Counted from the stretch's first letter, positions 26,451 to 40,659 are shown. The stretch is DNA of 64,000 bases from Mobula hypostoma (GCF_963921235.1 NC_086097.1:45696001-45760000), one strand, 5' to 3'. The notes: generated by a model not told the origin, from the sequence alone. Numbers and translations are program-made.

Positions 26451-27876
26451 GTCAGCTTTGAATATTAGCTGTGAATTAAATGTTAATCACACTGTGAATA
26501 CTGATTAAATAATTCTCAAAAGTCTAATATGAACAGTGGTTCATTCATATTAGCCTTTTGAGAATTATTTAATCAGAGCCCCTGCAATAGATAACTTGAA
26601 AAGGCCATAGTGGAAAGGTGAAAACAATTAGGGCATGACAGGCATTTCTTCAGATTTGAGAATGGGATTTGGACAGTTTCCTCTCTGCTGTGAAATGTGC
26701 CAAATCCCACAGTTAGAACCAAATGAGTAACTTTAATTTCCCTTGTCCTGTGTGACAAACATGTGGAGGAATCAAGGCAAGGAAGAGAGGATTTTGTGAT
26801 ACATTTTTATCCTGGTAAATGCCAGAATCTACTTGCCTTGAAAGAACAGGCCTAACCTACTTGGCAATGCTGAATCCCAAAAGCTCTCCTGGAACCAGCA
26901 TAAAAGCTCATGAAATATGGCTACGGTCACCCCTGTGCCAATGTAGGCAGCTGGCAGCCAGGTACTACGTCTCTCAGTACTATGAAAGCTTAATTCCAAA
27001 AGCAAGTTTAAAAAGTTTCGCTTCGATCCAAGTGTAAATTGGTTTCTTGTTTGGATAACGTTTGAGTGAACTCTTTTGTTGTTTTCTCTTCTAAATTCAG
27101 AGAATGTTCCTGTTGTTTAAATCAGTTTTGTGAGTCAAGTTACCAGGAGATGCTCACACTCATTCGCCATCTCTGCCAGGCTGCCATATAACAGATATTG
27201 TCCATGCCTTGGGCTTTTCTTGCTGCATTCGAATTTTGCACACCGCCCCTCATTCCCAAAGTCCACTTCCATGGGATTGCAGAGGCACTCTGATCAATCC
27301 CTACCCTGACAAATTTTGTTTGTCAAATACTGATTGTGAAGCTGGTCCTCTGGGCTCTGTTGGGGTCCTTGTCCAGGTATTCTCACTGCATCATGAAACT
27401 GAAGTCTCCTGTACAATGACAACACTCGGACAGGTACATGGATAGAAAACGTTTCGAGGGATATGGGCAAATAGGGTCAGCTTAGGAGGAATCTTAGTCA
27501 GCATGGAGCATTTGTGTGAAAGGGCCAGTTACAGACATCCTACCCTGCAAAAACTCATTTCAGGGAGGTAGCAACCCCACACCCACCACCCGCAACCCCA
27601 TATCCAACGCCCCCCCCCCGCCCGGTTGACCTCCAAGGGTTTATGTATACAGGACATTTGATTATGAAAGAACACAACAATTTATTTGATCACATATTGA
27701 AACTATTTACATAGAAATATATGTTTTCCTTGTTGAGTATTTTGTTGGCAGTCTCTTTGTAAACAGCTAAATACTAATGCAAATAGCTTTTCTATTTCTT
27801 TTGCAAACTTTCCTTGTACTGTGATGTGGCTTGCTTGGCAGTTTTGAGCATTTTGCCGGAAGTCTCAACCTCATAG

Positions 27877-29533
27877 GGTAATGGATGAACTGAAGGAAAT
27901 TTATATTAGGCAGGAAATGGTGTTGGATAGGCTGTTGGGTCTGAAGGCTGATAAGTCCCCGGGACCTGATGGTCTGCATCCCAGGGTACTTAAGGAGGTG
28001 GCTTTAGAAATCGTGGATGCATTGGTAATCATTTTCCAATGTTCTATAGATTCAGGATCAGTTCCTGTGGATTGGAGGGTGGCTAATGTTGTCCCTCTCT
28101 TCAAGAAGGGAGGAAGAGAGAAAACAGGGAATTATAGACCGGTTAGCCTGACGTCGGTGGCGGGAAAGATGCTGGAGTCAATTATAAAAGATGAAATTAC
28201 GACACATCTGGATAGCAGTAACAGGATCGGTCCGAGTCAGCATGGATTTACAAAGGGGAAATCGTGCTTGACTAATCTTCTGGAATTTTTTGATGATGTA
28301 ACTATGAAAATGGACAAGGGAGAGCCAGTGGATGTAGTGTACCTGGACTTTCAGAAAGCCTTTGATAAAGTCCCACATAGGAGATTAGTGGGCAAAATTA
28401 GGGCACATGGTATTGGGGGCAGAGTACTGACATGGATTGAAAATTGGCTGGCTGACAGAAAACAAAGAGTAGTGATTAACGGGTCCCTTTCGGAATGGCA
28501 GGCAGTGACCAGTGGGGTACCGCAGGGTTCAGTGCTGGGACTGCAGCTGTTTACAATATATGTTGATGATTTGGATGAGTGAATTAAAGTAACATTAGCA
28601 AATTTGCCGATGACACAAAGCTGGGTGGCAGTGTGAAATGTGAGGAGGATGTTATGAGAATGCAGGGTGACTTGGACAGGCTGGATGAGTGGGCTGATGC
28701 ATGGCAGATGCAGTTTAATGTGGATAAATGTGAGGTTATCCACTTTGGTGGTAAGAACAGGAAGGCAGATTATTATCTAAATGGAGTCAAGTTATGAAAA
28801 GGGGAAGTACAACAAGATCTAAGTGTTCTTGTACATCAGTCACTGAAAGCAAGCATGCAAGTACAGCAGGTAGTGAAGAAAGCTAATTGCATGCTGGCCT
28901 TCATAACAAGGGGAATTGAGTATAAGAGCAGAGAGGTCCTTCTGCAGCTGTACAGGGCCCTGGTGAGACCACACCTGGAGAACTGTGTGCAGTTTTGGTC
29001 TCCAAATTTGAGGAAGGACATTCTTGCTATTGAGGGAGTGCAGCGTAGGTTCACGAGGTTAATTCCCAGGATGGTGGGACTGTCATATGTTGAAAGATTG
29101 GAGCAACTGGGCTTGTATACTCTGGAATTTAGAAGGTTGAGAGGGGATCTTATTGAAACATATAAGATTATTAAGGGATTGGACACGCTGGAGACAGGAA
29201 GCATGTTCCCGCTGATGGGTGAGTCCAGAACCAGAGGCCACCATTTAAGAATAAGGGGTAGGCCATTTAGAACGGAGTTGAGGAAAACTTTTTCACCCAG
29301 AGAGTGGTGGATATATGGAATGCTCTGTCCCAGAAGGCTATGGAGGCCAAGTCTCTGGATGCTTTTAAGAAAGAGATGGATAAAGCTCTTAAAGATAGCG
29401 GACTCAAAGGTTATGGGGATAAGGCAGGAACTGGATACTGATTGTGGTTGATCAGCCATGATCACAGTGAATGGTGGTGCTGGCTCAAAGGGCCGAATGG
29501 CCTACTCCTGCACCTATTGTCTATTGTCTATTG
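27877..29533 (+). mobile_element. Young 5'-truncated CR1 inserted in the hAT transposase
   Basis: [19 protein letters not shown] and GVPQGSVLG motifs; (CTATTGT)n tail; TSD TCATAG (27871-27876, 29534-29539). Confidence 0.95.
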
Positions 29534-30204
29534 TCATAGCAGTCTGTGTCAATGAATTTGTTAATTTTGTAAGACATCGGATTCACAAGTGTTTTGTGAG
29601 ATAGCTGACTTCTGAATTCTGTCTTAATGTGATGCACCATGCTGAATGCCCTTTCCTCATCACAATGAGAATTTGGCAGCACCAAAAGCAGCTTCATCAA
29701 CTGGAAGAGCTCTTTGAATCTCAACTTATCATGGAGTCATGGAGTCGTTTTTTTATTCTATTACAACTTTAAGCTAGTCTACAGGGAGTTTGGCCTCATC
29801 ACGTGGGACATCAATACAGTAGCTCCTTAGCAGCTAGCCAGCTAGTTTAAATAATGTTAGCAATGTTAATGAACGAATGACACCTGTTAAACTCACCTCA
29901 ACATGTCTTTTACAGTCATTTAACCCACCATGGGCAATAGAAAAGTCACTGTTGCAAACAGTGCAGTGAGCAACACTGTCATTATTTTTGACCCCTATTA
30001 GGCAGGGGTACACTTTAGTGTAGTCTGGGGTGAAGTATGTTTTATATTTTCTTTTTTTGGAACACTCTGCCATGGTGCTGCAGGACACTAAACTGAACAG
30101 ATGGACAATGAAAGAGAGAGAGAGGTCAGCTGTAAAGCCCGCCCACAGAGAAAAATGATAGGTCTACTTAGCACAAAGAGAGACCAATCAGGATGCTCTC
30201 TCTG

Positions 30205-30342
30205 TCACTGTCTCACTACGTCTGTCTGTCTCTCTCCCTCTTCCTCTCCCTCTCTCCCTCTCTCCCTCTCCCACTCTCCCACTCTCCCCCTCTCCCCCTC
30301 TCCCCCTCTCTCCCTCCCTCTCCCTTTCGCTCGCTCGCTCTC
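30205..30342. repeat. CT-rich low-complexity tract within the hAT 5' region
   Basis: (CT)n/(CCT)n runs. Confidence 0.9.
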
Positions 30343-32564
30343 AAAAAATTGATTTCTGGGATATTGTATATAATTTGCGGGTGTCAGGGAGCCGCTATCA
30401 ATATGCGGGAGACTCCCGGAACTTCCGGGAGAGGTGAGATGTCTGGCCTGTTACCACGTTGCATTGTTCTATGACTCTATGAGCCCCAGCCTTGTAGGAT
30501 CAGATGAATCACTAGCTGCTTCTTCTTCTATGGGTCTAAAGGGAAATCTGGCCTAAACATTCCCTCATTTCCCTTGTATTTGGAATGAATCTTTTGGCAG
30601 TGATGAGACACATTCATGGCTTGTCTGGGCTAATGCCGTTGGAAAATTGCGAAGGCTTTCCCACTCCCCTTGGGTCCCATCATTGCCACAGGCTCTCCAC
30701 TTGCAATAGTCCCACAGTCTGGACAATTTCCCATCCACCAACAGACCAGCCTCAGGTCTGGAAGGTTTGGAATTGGGCAGAAATGGTGCTACAGTCATGG
30801 TCAGTGTGCAGATAAAATCTGTCCTGACTTGCTTTTTGGAACCTGCAATACTTCATGCAGCATGTCAAGGGCCCAACTGACAATTATGTTTTGGTACAGC
30901 ATTTACAATGACTTTATGTGTGATTGTTGGCTAACAGTTCCTGAGGGAATGGAAATCTCTCAGCAGCATAAACAGTAGGGCCTAGGTATCAGGTTCCTCT
31001 TATTGAGCACTCTCTTTCTAGATCTGGTGCTATAATACTAATGCACCATCACACTACTGATCAGAAGCTATGTTAAGCAATGTAGTAGGTGCTTATATCA
31101 GCCTACATGATAAAAATTAAAACTAAACACTGTGATATTCCCCATGTACGTTGTGGCTGGGGAAGATGGAGGAACAGATAAATCATACCTGACCATCATC
31201 ACGTTTCTTAGATTTATCGGTGACACATTACTTTGCTCCTATTGTATGTGGTTGAAGCAGAATAACATGAAACTGTACTGAACAAATTCAATAAAAATGG
31301 AAAAATTCCCTACCAGTGAAAAATGACACCTATAAAATAATGAGCAGGACAGCGTCTAGGGAAAATTCAAAGTGTGAATAATTTGGCCTCTGAAAGATTA
31401 TCCAACAATGGAATTTGAGAAGACTTTTTAAATATAGGCAATTGGGAATATTGTTATATAAATTGTACTTTAAGAGCTTGCTAAAGGAATTTACTGGATA
31501 GATATCATTGATGAGTGACCAGGAGAGGCTTGAGAAGGTGGAATTGCTTCCCTTAGAGTGGAGAAGCAGTCAATGATTTAATGGAAATGTTCAAAGTTAT
31601 GAATGAGAAGAGTTAGTAACACAAGGATACAGATTTAAGATAAATAGGCAAAAGAACCAGTGGACTTGTCGGGAGATTTTACTTTATGCAGCAAATTGTT
31701 AAAATATAGAATGCAGTACCTGCAAGGTTTGTGGAAACAGATTCAATAGTAACCTTCCAAATGGAATTGAATATATTCTCAAAAATGTGAAAGACTGTGA
31801 AAATAAAGTGCAAGGCTCTGAGAAGAGAACAGGGGAGCAGGAATAATTGGGTGACTTTTTAAAAGGTGGCGAAGTTTCTTTCTCCACTCTACACTTCTAT
31901 AATGAAAACATATACTGGAAACAAAGGATGCAAAGTCACATAAATATTGACAGCTTCGTTTGATGGCATTGATGTCAGGGCATTATGACCCACACTAAAT
32001 GGAATCCATTTGGTTAATACTATGCGTTTGCTCTGTGTCAGAAGGCCCAGTGACCTATCTGTAAATTAAAGAAATTAAAACAGACATATAAAACATCAGG
32101 AAGGTTGGGTTTATTCTGATTTGATAGAAATCCATGACATTACATCCCTGATACAAACTGTATCAAAGAGTGATTCTTATTAAATGTGTTGTAAGCAAAT
32201 AACTATGCTCCTTAGACTGAGCATCTTGAAGTACATTAACAGCTTTTTAACAGCTGTGGGTTACTGGCTGATGTATAAATGTGCCCTGGTTTATACAGAT
32301 GTCTGCAAACATGCTGAACACTCATGTTGTAGTGAGTGTTCATTATTCAAATCTACAGACAGCCTTTTTGTCACTGGCCCAGTTTATTTAGGATGAAATA
32401 TACTCATTGCAAAGCACATGTGTTCATTTTTCCTCTCTTTAAAATCAGTTTTTCCTCTCTTTAAAATCAGTTTTTCCTTCCCAAAGTTGATAAGCTCCTG
32501 TTGCTGTTTGTTGAAATTGCCCTTTGGATTTTGCTCAAGTGATTATTCTTGATAGTCAATCATA

Positions 32565-32690
32565 AACTCTGCGGTTGCTGGAAATCCAGAACTACACACA
32601 CAAAATGCTGCAGGAGTGAAGCAGTTCAAGCACCAGCTATGGAGGGGAATAAACAGTTGTCATTTGGGCTGAGACCCTTCATTAGGACTC
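32565..32690 (-). mobile_element. Penelope tail fragment
   Basis: CACACACAAAATGCTG...GGGCTGAGACCCTTCATTAGGACT. Confidence 0.7.
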
Positions 32691-34459
32691 TTCTGACATG
32701 AATCAATGCAACTTAATTTTTAATTTTATTATAAATACTTATGTAGCAAGAACATAAGATCACTATTGTTTGTAGGAAATATATCAACAAGAAGCTGTCA
32801 CATTAGGTAGGAATAAGCATTTCAGACATGGCGGTGGTATATGGCAGGCTAGTTCCCAGGGAATAAGCCATTCATTGTGACTATTTGGGCTCGGAATAAT
32901 TGCCACCCATGCCACTGCATGTCAGAATGAGTCACCACGTGAATGGAGAATGGAGACAAAATATATCAAGTTATGATAAATTAGCAGATTATATTTTGAC
33001 TGCTAGATTTTGGATATTTGACCACTGCTTCACGAATCAGAAGCCAGAGACCCCGCTAATACCTATCCTGAGTGAGAGTATTTTGCAGATGAATTTTGGA
33101 AGCAGCATTGCTGATGTTTTTTCAGTGCCTGAGGTACCTGCTATAGGTAGTCTAGGTCTCAGTGAGGACAGGGATGTCTGCTGTGTTTTTTTACCAAGTC
33201 TGACGTTTTGAACTTCATTACCCTTTTCCTCAATTGATCACAGGGGACAGTGAACATCATTGTCAATATTTACTTTTGCTGAGAGGTGAGATGGTGGACA
33301 TATCTCAGGGTCTTGCTGTGAACCTTTATTGTCGACAATCAGTGCGGTGCATCTGTGACTGGTTGGTAGGGGCTTTTGGTCTTGCTGAACTCCATCATTT
33401 CATGCATTTCAGATTCTTGGAGCTCAGCCGGCAAGTATGAAAAACACAAGATGTCTCTGCATGGTATAGTTGGTCTACCTTGGTTCGAAAGTGTGGCTGC
33501 CATCAGTTGAAGCGTTTCCCATTTGTTTCTGATGATTAAGTCCACTCCTGTAGGAAGTTTGTTGGAGATGAGATGAAACATGACAGTGCGATGCAACCTT
33601 CTTTGACAATGGCCTTCACTAAGCTTGGTTCTGCTATAGACCTGATGGTTGGTATCATAGTTTGCAGGCTACCATCAAGCAAACGTTAAGTGGAGATGAA
33701 CTTCTATGGGCAACCAAAGGTAAGAAGGGTGTTTTACAGTCCTTTCTGAGTGTAGGAATCATTCTTGATAGTCACTAGAGGCTGAAGGAAGATATCTACA
33801 CTGATTAGTAGTGATCCCTGCGCTTCGAATTTTGCATAGTGACAATCATCTCCAGTGGATGGAAACAACAGGGGGCAGCTCATCGGCCATTGGGACGAAA
33901 TGACTGAGGACTTTCTCATTGGCAGAAGACAGTAGGGAGACACCTCTGCAGTTACTACAGTAGTGAAACAGAGGAAGGTTAAGAAGATGTTATGTACTTA
34001 CTTGAGGGATGTGGGCTCTATTCCAATCATAAGCCTCCCATTCCTAGGAAATTAAGACCAATCATATTATATGGGACCTTAGTCACCAATCAGGCTTGTG
34101 AAGGAGGTGCTGGAGGACAGAAGAGGCCATATTCTCTTGAGAAGCAAGAGAAAACATCTGGAAGAAAGCACCACAAAAGAAGAGTGGATTTCTTACAGGG
34201 ACTGTAGGCAGTTAATTGGAATGGAAGTGCTGATGTTCTGGCTTTCATTGAAGCAGCAGTGCAGGGGGGGCAGGGGGTTTAATGTGCTAGAGCAGCAAAA
34301 AGGAGAGAGAAAACAGCAGAAAGAAATACTTGAGTTTTGCATGCAATTCCAGTGGCATCATTCGGAATTTTTAAATCGAGCTTAGGAATAAATCAGTCTT
34401 TGGCCCCTTTTTTTAATTGCAGCCTCGGCAACTTGCACAATTTGTTCTTGTGATGATGA

Positions 34460-34690
34460 TATACTTTATACTTTATACTTTATTGTCGCCAAACAATTGG
34501 TACTAGAATGTACAATCATCACAGCGATATTTGATTCTGCGCTTCCCACTCCCTGGATTACAAATATTAAAAATATTTAAGATAGTAAAAATTAGTAAAT
34601 ATTAAAAATTTAAATTATAAATCATAAATAGAAAATAGAAAAATGGAAAGTAAGGTAATGCAAAAAAACTGAGAGGCAGGTCCGGATGTT
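34460..34690 (-). mobile_element. Rex1-type LINE 3' tail, same subfamily as 2461-2890
   Basis: (ATACTTT)n tail; reverse complement matches 2660-2890. Confidence 0.8.
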
Positions 34691-35692
34691 TGAATTTTCC
34701 TCAAAGGTTAGACCTCAAGTCTAACTGTGTGCTCCTCTGTTGCTTTTTCCACAGTTCTGCTGATGGTCAAATGTCTCATATCATTTCACATTTGAGGCTA
34801 ATTTATTCATTTGGTCCTCAGGCCATTTTGAATGTAAACTGAAGCCAACATATTCAACAATATCCTCACAGCAAATTCGTTCTGATTCCAGCAATAGATA
34901 AAACAGTGGGGGGGGGGGGGAACATTTTTAAGTGTTTGAAATTCCACTTCCCAAGAAATTGGATCTCACAAAGTCTATGTAAAGTTTGTGGACAATGTGA
35001 TTCATTCCTTTTCTTCTCCTATTGATGGTCTTCCACATAGTGCAAAGGTAAGACTTTCATGATGCAATCAATCTCAAAATCGGTTTTGAAACAGAATTTC
35101 TTAAAAGAAGAAGTAAACCCTTTGGTTTGGCACCATTCTATAGTTTACTTCCAGGATCACTGGTGTTTATTAAGCAGTTGGGGAGAATATCACTGCAGGC
35201 AATTGACAGCGTTATAAACATGTAAAAATTTGAAAAAGTGAATTGCTATGATCTGGTAGATGGATTTTGAGAGTTGAAACATCCTTTGTTTTGTGACATA
35301 AAATTGAAAATTGATTGAATAAGGAAGTTAATTAGAGAACATACATTTTATTGTGTTATGCCATTGATAGGACATATAAAATCATTGTCTTATTTCAGCT
35401 GGGACTTCTTACTGCAAAACACAACTTTGAATCATGTACTTTGGAGCAGCAGCCACCAAACACCTGGGGCTTGTAAGAGTAACATTAATACATGAGCAAT
35501 GCTCAATTGACAATTCCTCTCTTTAACAACATGTAATTAACGTGGGCCATGAGCAGGGAAAACAGCTCTTGACAGCAGGGACTAAACTTGCACCTGGGCT
35601 ATTTAAAGGATCATCAATTATTGCAGGTATCTTGGGCGCTGAATTGAAAGAAGGCTTGCTGCTTTCAAAGAGCACAACTGTTATAAATCTTA

Positions 35693-36438
35693 AGGCTGAT
35701 TTATACTTGTGTGTACTAGCTTACGCCGTAGCCTACGCACGTGGGCTACGCCGTTGTGAGCATTTATACTTGTGCGTTGGTGCGTCCGTGTTGCGCTGCA
35801 ATTCACCGACAAACGCTAGCTGGTGGTGGGGTTTCTATGCCACAGTGTTGAGTTTCTTCCTGTTGAAACACAACACGAAGAAACTCAAACTTCAAACAAT
35901 GGTGACTGAAACTGAAGGACGGTGAATTTTCTGTATGTATCGTGTAGTGTCACTTAACAGAATCGGGAATTTTGAGCCAAAATCGATTTGTCGAAAAAAA
36001 TCGGCACGTACACGCATGCGCACACACCTGCCCGTGCAAGGCTTCATGGTCATGGTAGTCTTTCTCGGGGTAAACAAGTTTAAAGTGAGCGTCTTTTTCA
36101 TAAAAGCGAAAATCCTCTTTTAGTTAACGAAAACAGGTACTAATTGTAGGTCTTTCGTAAAAGCGAAATGTGTCCTCCATAATTTCGGAGGTCTGTAAAG
36201 CTTTGTGGAAAGCATTGCAGCCAGAGTTCCTTCCCTGCCCTTCAGTCACCCAATGGGAAGCTATTGCAGTGTAGGAGGAAATGCGATGCTACCAAGTGGA
36301 CCAATCACAGTTGTTTCGGTCTGCGTTGCCGCGACGTGTAGTTACATTTTGGGAGAGGTGTGTGTTAGGCTACGGCGAAGGGCTCACGGCTACACTGTAC
36401 CTACAGCGTACATTTGATGCACAAGTATAAATCAGCCT
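35693..36438. mobile_element. PIF/Harbinger non-autonomous transposon (MITE)
   Basis: Perfect 19-bp TIR AGGCTGATTTATACTTGTG; TTA TSD on both sides (35690-35692, 36439-36441); CpG-rich interior. Confidence 0.9.
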
Positions 36439-37024
36439 TTAGTGCAAGTCAGAGTGAACCCTGAGTAGCCCAGATACATTACCTCACACTTCTCTGGAGT
36501 AAACTCCATTTACCTTTTATTTCTGCTCAGCTGACTAGGTGACATATATACTCATACAAATGGGAGCTCTTCTTTCCCATATTTGCCACACACCGAGAGA
36601 TGGGAGACTCCTCAAACCATCTATCTGATCCAGGTTTTTCAACAAAAACCATGCTGAAATCTACTTAGATTGTGTTAAATTCCCTCAGCAATCTTTTTTG
36701 TTACTTCTCAAGGTAGGCCACATGACCTTCCCAGTTCTTCCTTGATTCCTCTGTATCTTTATAAATGAAGGCTTATACAGCCCCTCAGAAACTACCCCAA
36801 AAGTTTAAACTTGTCCTTCCATCCTTTTGTAGCCAATGAGTCGTCTATACCTCTGGCATGAACCCTGTAGCCAGCGATGATTCAAAAAAAATCAAAGCAC
36901 TCGTAATTTCACCTTTACTTCTTGTAATGGACAGAATATATTTCAGGCAGACTTGGTGATTCATCCTTCTATACTGAGGTTTTCTTCTGCTTAGTAAGAT
37001 GAGGAAGGTCAGGTAAGAGAGAAA

Positions 37025-37630
37025 CATTTGAACCTGTCACCAAAAATTTTGACAGACTTCTATGGATGCACATTGGAGAATGTCAGAATTGAATTGCATC
37101 ATGTCCTGGTAAGGAAACAGCAATGCCCAGGAACAGAAAAGGCTACAGAAAGTAGGGGATACAGCTCAGGCAAAGCCGTCCCCACCACGGAGTATATTTA
37201 CATGGAGCACTGCCACAAGAAAGCAGCATCCATCATCAAAAACTCAGACCATCCAGGACATGCCCTCTTCTCGCTACTACCATTGGACAGGAGAGACAGA
37301 AGCCTCAAGTCCCTCACTACCAGGTTGAGAAACAGTTACTCTCCTGCAAACAACAGGCTCCTGAACCAGTGTGGATGACTTCAGTCACCACTACTCCCAA
37401 ATGATTCTACGCCCTATAGACTCACTTTCTAGGACTGGTTACAACTCTTTGTTCTCAGTATTATTTTTATTTGCAGTTTGTCTGCTTTTGCACAGTTGGT
37501 TGTCAGTCTTTGTTTATGCATCATCCTTCATAAACTTCTATGTATTTGTATGCCTTCAATAAAATGAATCTCGGGGTAGTAAATGGCAACATATGCACCT
37601 TGATAGTAAATTTACGCTAAACTTTGAGCT
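37025..37630 (+). mobile_element. Rex1/Babar LINE 3' fragment
   Basis: KKAASIIKNSDHPGHALFSLLP peptide and shared 3' UTR. Confidence 0.85.
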
Positions 37631-37644
37631 TGTATTTTTAACGT

Positions 37645-37905
37645 TTTATTTTATTTAGAGATTCAGCACATTTTCTGTCCCACTGAGCCAAGCCACTCAG
37701 CACCCTGCTGAATTAACCCTCACCTAATGACAGGCCAATTTACAATGACCAATTAACCTACTGACTGGTACATCTTTGGAATGTGGGAGGAAACCCACAC
37801 GCACATGGGAAGAATGTTCAAACCTTCTCAGAGGACGCTGGAATTGAACTCTCAGCTCTGACACCCCGAGCTGTAACAGCATCGAGCTATAGCATGGTGC
37901 CCTAC
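37645..37905 (-). mobile_element. HE1-type V-SINE
   Basis: CAATTTACAATGACCAATTAACCTAC..TGTGGGAGGAAACCCAC. Confidence 0.8.
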
Positions 37906-38929
37906 CTGGATACAGGAAAAAAGATTCAGAGAGGAGAGGAAGTGAGACTTGAAAAGGTATGTTGGTTAGGACCACACTATTATCCCCTATGGCCTAATTG
38001 GCCCTGTTAAGTTTAGAAAAGAGAGAGGTACTCATGCTGTAATACTTAATATTCTATCAAGATGTTGTTGATGTTCCCCTTATCTGAGGTGTCTAGAACT
38101 AGGGATCAGGTCAGGACTCAGTCATTGAGTATTGACAGATTTTTTTTGATCTGATGGGAATCAAGGGTGATCGGTTCATTTTTTTTCAGCCTTGAATGGG
38201 GCCTCCTGTTTCTGTTTCTTCTCGTTCAGTGGTAGTCAAAGCCATGGCCTGTAATTTCCCTTCCAGCCAACTTTGCCTGTAGGATGCTGTTGGCTTGCGA
38301 CTGGTAGCTTTTCTTGCCAATGAGTCCTCTATACTTCTGCAGCCAGCAATGATTCAAAGCAAAAATGTCAGACCCCTTGTAATTTCCATTGCTTCTTTGA
38401 CAGGAATCTCTTGTGAAATTACATGTAATGTGTGCACAAGAAATGCTTGTCCTCCATGCATTAAGTAGGTATGAAAAAGGAGAACAGAAGACTTGTGGTT
38501 GCTTCCAGTAACTTTGCTTACTTGTATGAGATCATTAGACTCTTGCAGCACTGAAGGCAAGCCACTGCCGTATCGCTGTAGGTACCAGTGGCTTCTCTCA
38601 CTGGTGCTTCATCTCTACACTTGGCAGCTCTCTGGCTTCTAAAACGTCTGGGACCTCAAAATCTGCATCCACAAAGCTGGTGCCAGGTCCTGTTCCTCGG
38701 CTCCCGTTGCTGCAGTGACTGTTCATCAAGTGCCCTTCCAGGAACTTCCAGGTTCGGTTCTCTTTATGAGATGCAGAAAATATACCAGATAGGCCAGGTC
38801 ACTTCACTGGGATAATGTGGAAAACTCTGAAAGTCTGCACTGGTTTGTTTGAAGAGCAATCAAATTGACACCACTCCCTTTCCCTTTCCCCATACACTTG
38901 CAGGCTCAAAGGTGAATCAGATTCAAACT

Positions 38930-40090
38930 GGTGTTTCAAGAGATCTATTTGACAGAATTTTTGACATGGCCCCACATGGTAGGCTGGTCCAGGATTCTAG
39001 ATTAGATAAATGAACCCAAGTTGTCCTGGTGTAGGAAGCGGAGTGTGTTAGCGGTGGCTTGCTTTACAGGTTGGAGGTCTGTGATCAGTGGCATGTTGCA
39101 AGGATCAGTGCTGGACCGCCTGTTACTTGTCATACATATTTATGATATGGTTGAACATGTAGATGGCATTATAAATCAGATTACAGATTATACCAAGATT
39201 GGTGGTATAGTGGAAAGTGAAGAAGGTTGTCTTAACTTACAACAGGATACAGACTAACTGGAGAAATAGGTAAAGGAATGCAGAAGGAATTAAACTCAGA
39301 CAAGTGAGAAGTGATGTGTTTTGAGAAGTTCCACTGGTGCAGGGTATACACAGCAAATGGCAGGGCCCCTGGGGAGTGTTGTCGAACACAGACAGAGACT
39401 TTTACTCAAAAACTGGCAACAAAGTTAGACAGGTGGTGAAGAGGGCATTTGGCATGCCTGACTTCATTAGCCAAGTTACTGGGAAAATGAGTTGGGACAT
39501 TATGTTACGGTGGTACAAAACGTCGACAAGACTGCACCTAGAGTATTGTGTGCAGTTCTTGTTACCAAACTACAAGAAAGATGTGATTAAACGATGTGAT
39601 TAAACTGGAGAGGATGCAGAAAAGATTCATAAAGATGTTGCCTAGATTGTAGGTCTTGAAATTATAAGGAGGGTTTGGATATGTGTACGCTGGTTTTTCA
39701 TGGAAAAAAAAGGAAGCTGAGAGGTGACGTGGTATAGGTATACAAAACCATTAGATGCAGCGATATGGTAGATAGCTAGAGGCTTTTTCCCAGGGTGGGC
39801 AAGTCTAAAACTAGAGGGCATTGATATAAGGTGAGAGGGAGGAGGTTTCAAAGGAATCTAAGGAACTTTTTTTCACTTAAAGTCGACCTAGTATCTTGAA
39901 GGAGCTGCCAGTGGAGATGATGGATGCAGGATCAGTACTGATATTTAAAAGGCATCTGCACAGGTACTTACGTAAATGAGCAACTCACAGTGGGAGATGG
40001 AATGAATACAGACATATGTTGGCATGACGGTCAGCATCAACAGGATGGGCTGAAGGGCCTGCTCCTTGGCAGTGCAGTTCAATGACTCCA
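38930..40090 (+). mobile_element. Decayed CR1 LINE
   Basis: SGMLQGSVL, DYTKIGG and RLHLEYCVQF peptides; CR1 tail. Confidence 0.85.
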
Positions 40091-40659
40091 TGAGAATAGT
40101 TGTCCAGACACACTACTAAGTTGATATAAATTAATGATGGAGAAATTACAAGAATGGTGCACAATCGATTTACAATAGTCTTTACAGACTCCCCTAAATC
40201 TGTATGATCAGATGAGATCCGTACGGTCTGATAATAATCATTCAGGTTTTGATGCAAATCAAACTTTAATCAGTCACTTTGCAGAGGAACTTCAAGGACG
40301 CATTAGTTGGATGAAGTTCATTTTATTTGCTTTACCAGTTCTGCAAGTGAATTCCAACATTGCCATTCCAGTTAGACTGCTTCCCAAAAACAAAGGTTAG
40401 TCATTGGACACTCTCCTGCAAGCTAATAACTGGCTAGATTAAGTGTAAACTAATGCTGTAGGGAATTAACATGAGGAAGATAATTAAAGTGCAATTAAGG
40501 ATTTAGTTTTAATTTCGTATTAAACTTTTTCCGCTTCAATTGTTGAATGTTTCTTTCAGTGCTCCATACATAATTTCAGCCTTATACACACTGCCCATGT
40601 TAAGTATTATCCTCTTTTTTGTGTGTACTAGGAAGTATGCATCCAGTGGTGTGCAGTGT

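Larger units (their letters stand above)
27532..30445 (-). mobile_element. Internally deleted hAT DNA transposon
   Basis: TIRs CAGACATC / GATGTCTG; 8-bp TSD GCCAGTTA / GCCTGTTA; N-terminal BED-like finger AHCTVCNSDFSIAHGGLNDCKRHVE followed by GTGAGT donor; hATC dimerisation motif LLVLPNSHCDEERAFS. Confidence 0.9.

Noticed and set aside
26662..26710. Small hairpin TGGGATTTGGACA...TGTGCCAAATCCCA
   Set aside because: Short bulged stem that could arise by chance in 64 kb.
28836..29465. 209-aa minus-strand ORF and similar ORFs at 15590, 28351 and 53690
   Set aside because: Antisense shadows of CR1 or RTE coding sequence.
32427..32478. 22-bp direct repeat TTTTTCCTCTCTTTAAAATCAG x2.4
   Set aside because: Simple tandem duplication with no spacers; not CRISPR-like.
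33000..34390. Unassigned moderately GC-rich stretch with several short ORFs
   Set aside because: No recognisable domain or consistent splice structure; possibly a very old element.
36830..38410. Similarity between about 36830-36930 and 38315-38410
   Set aside because: Most simply two old minus-strand CR1-like fragments rather than a functional duplication.
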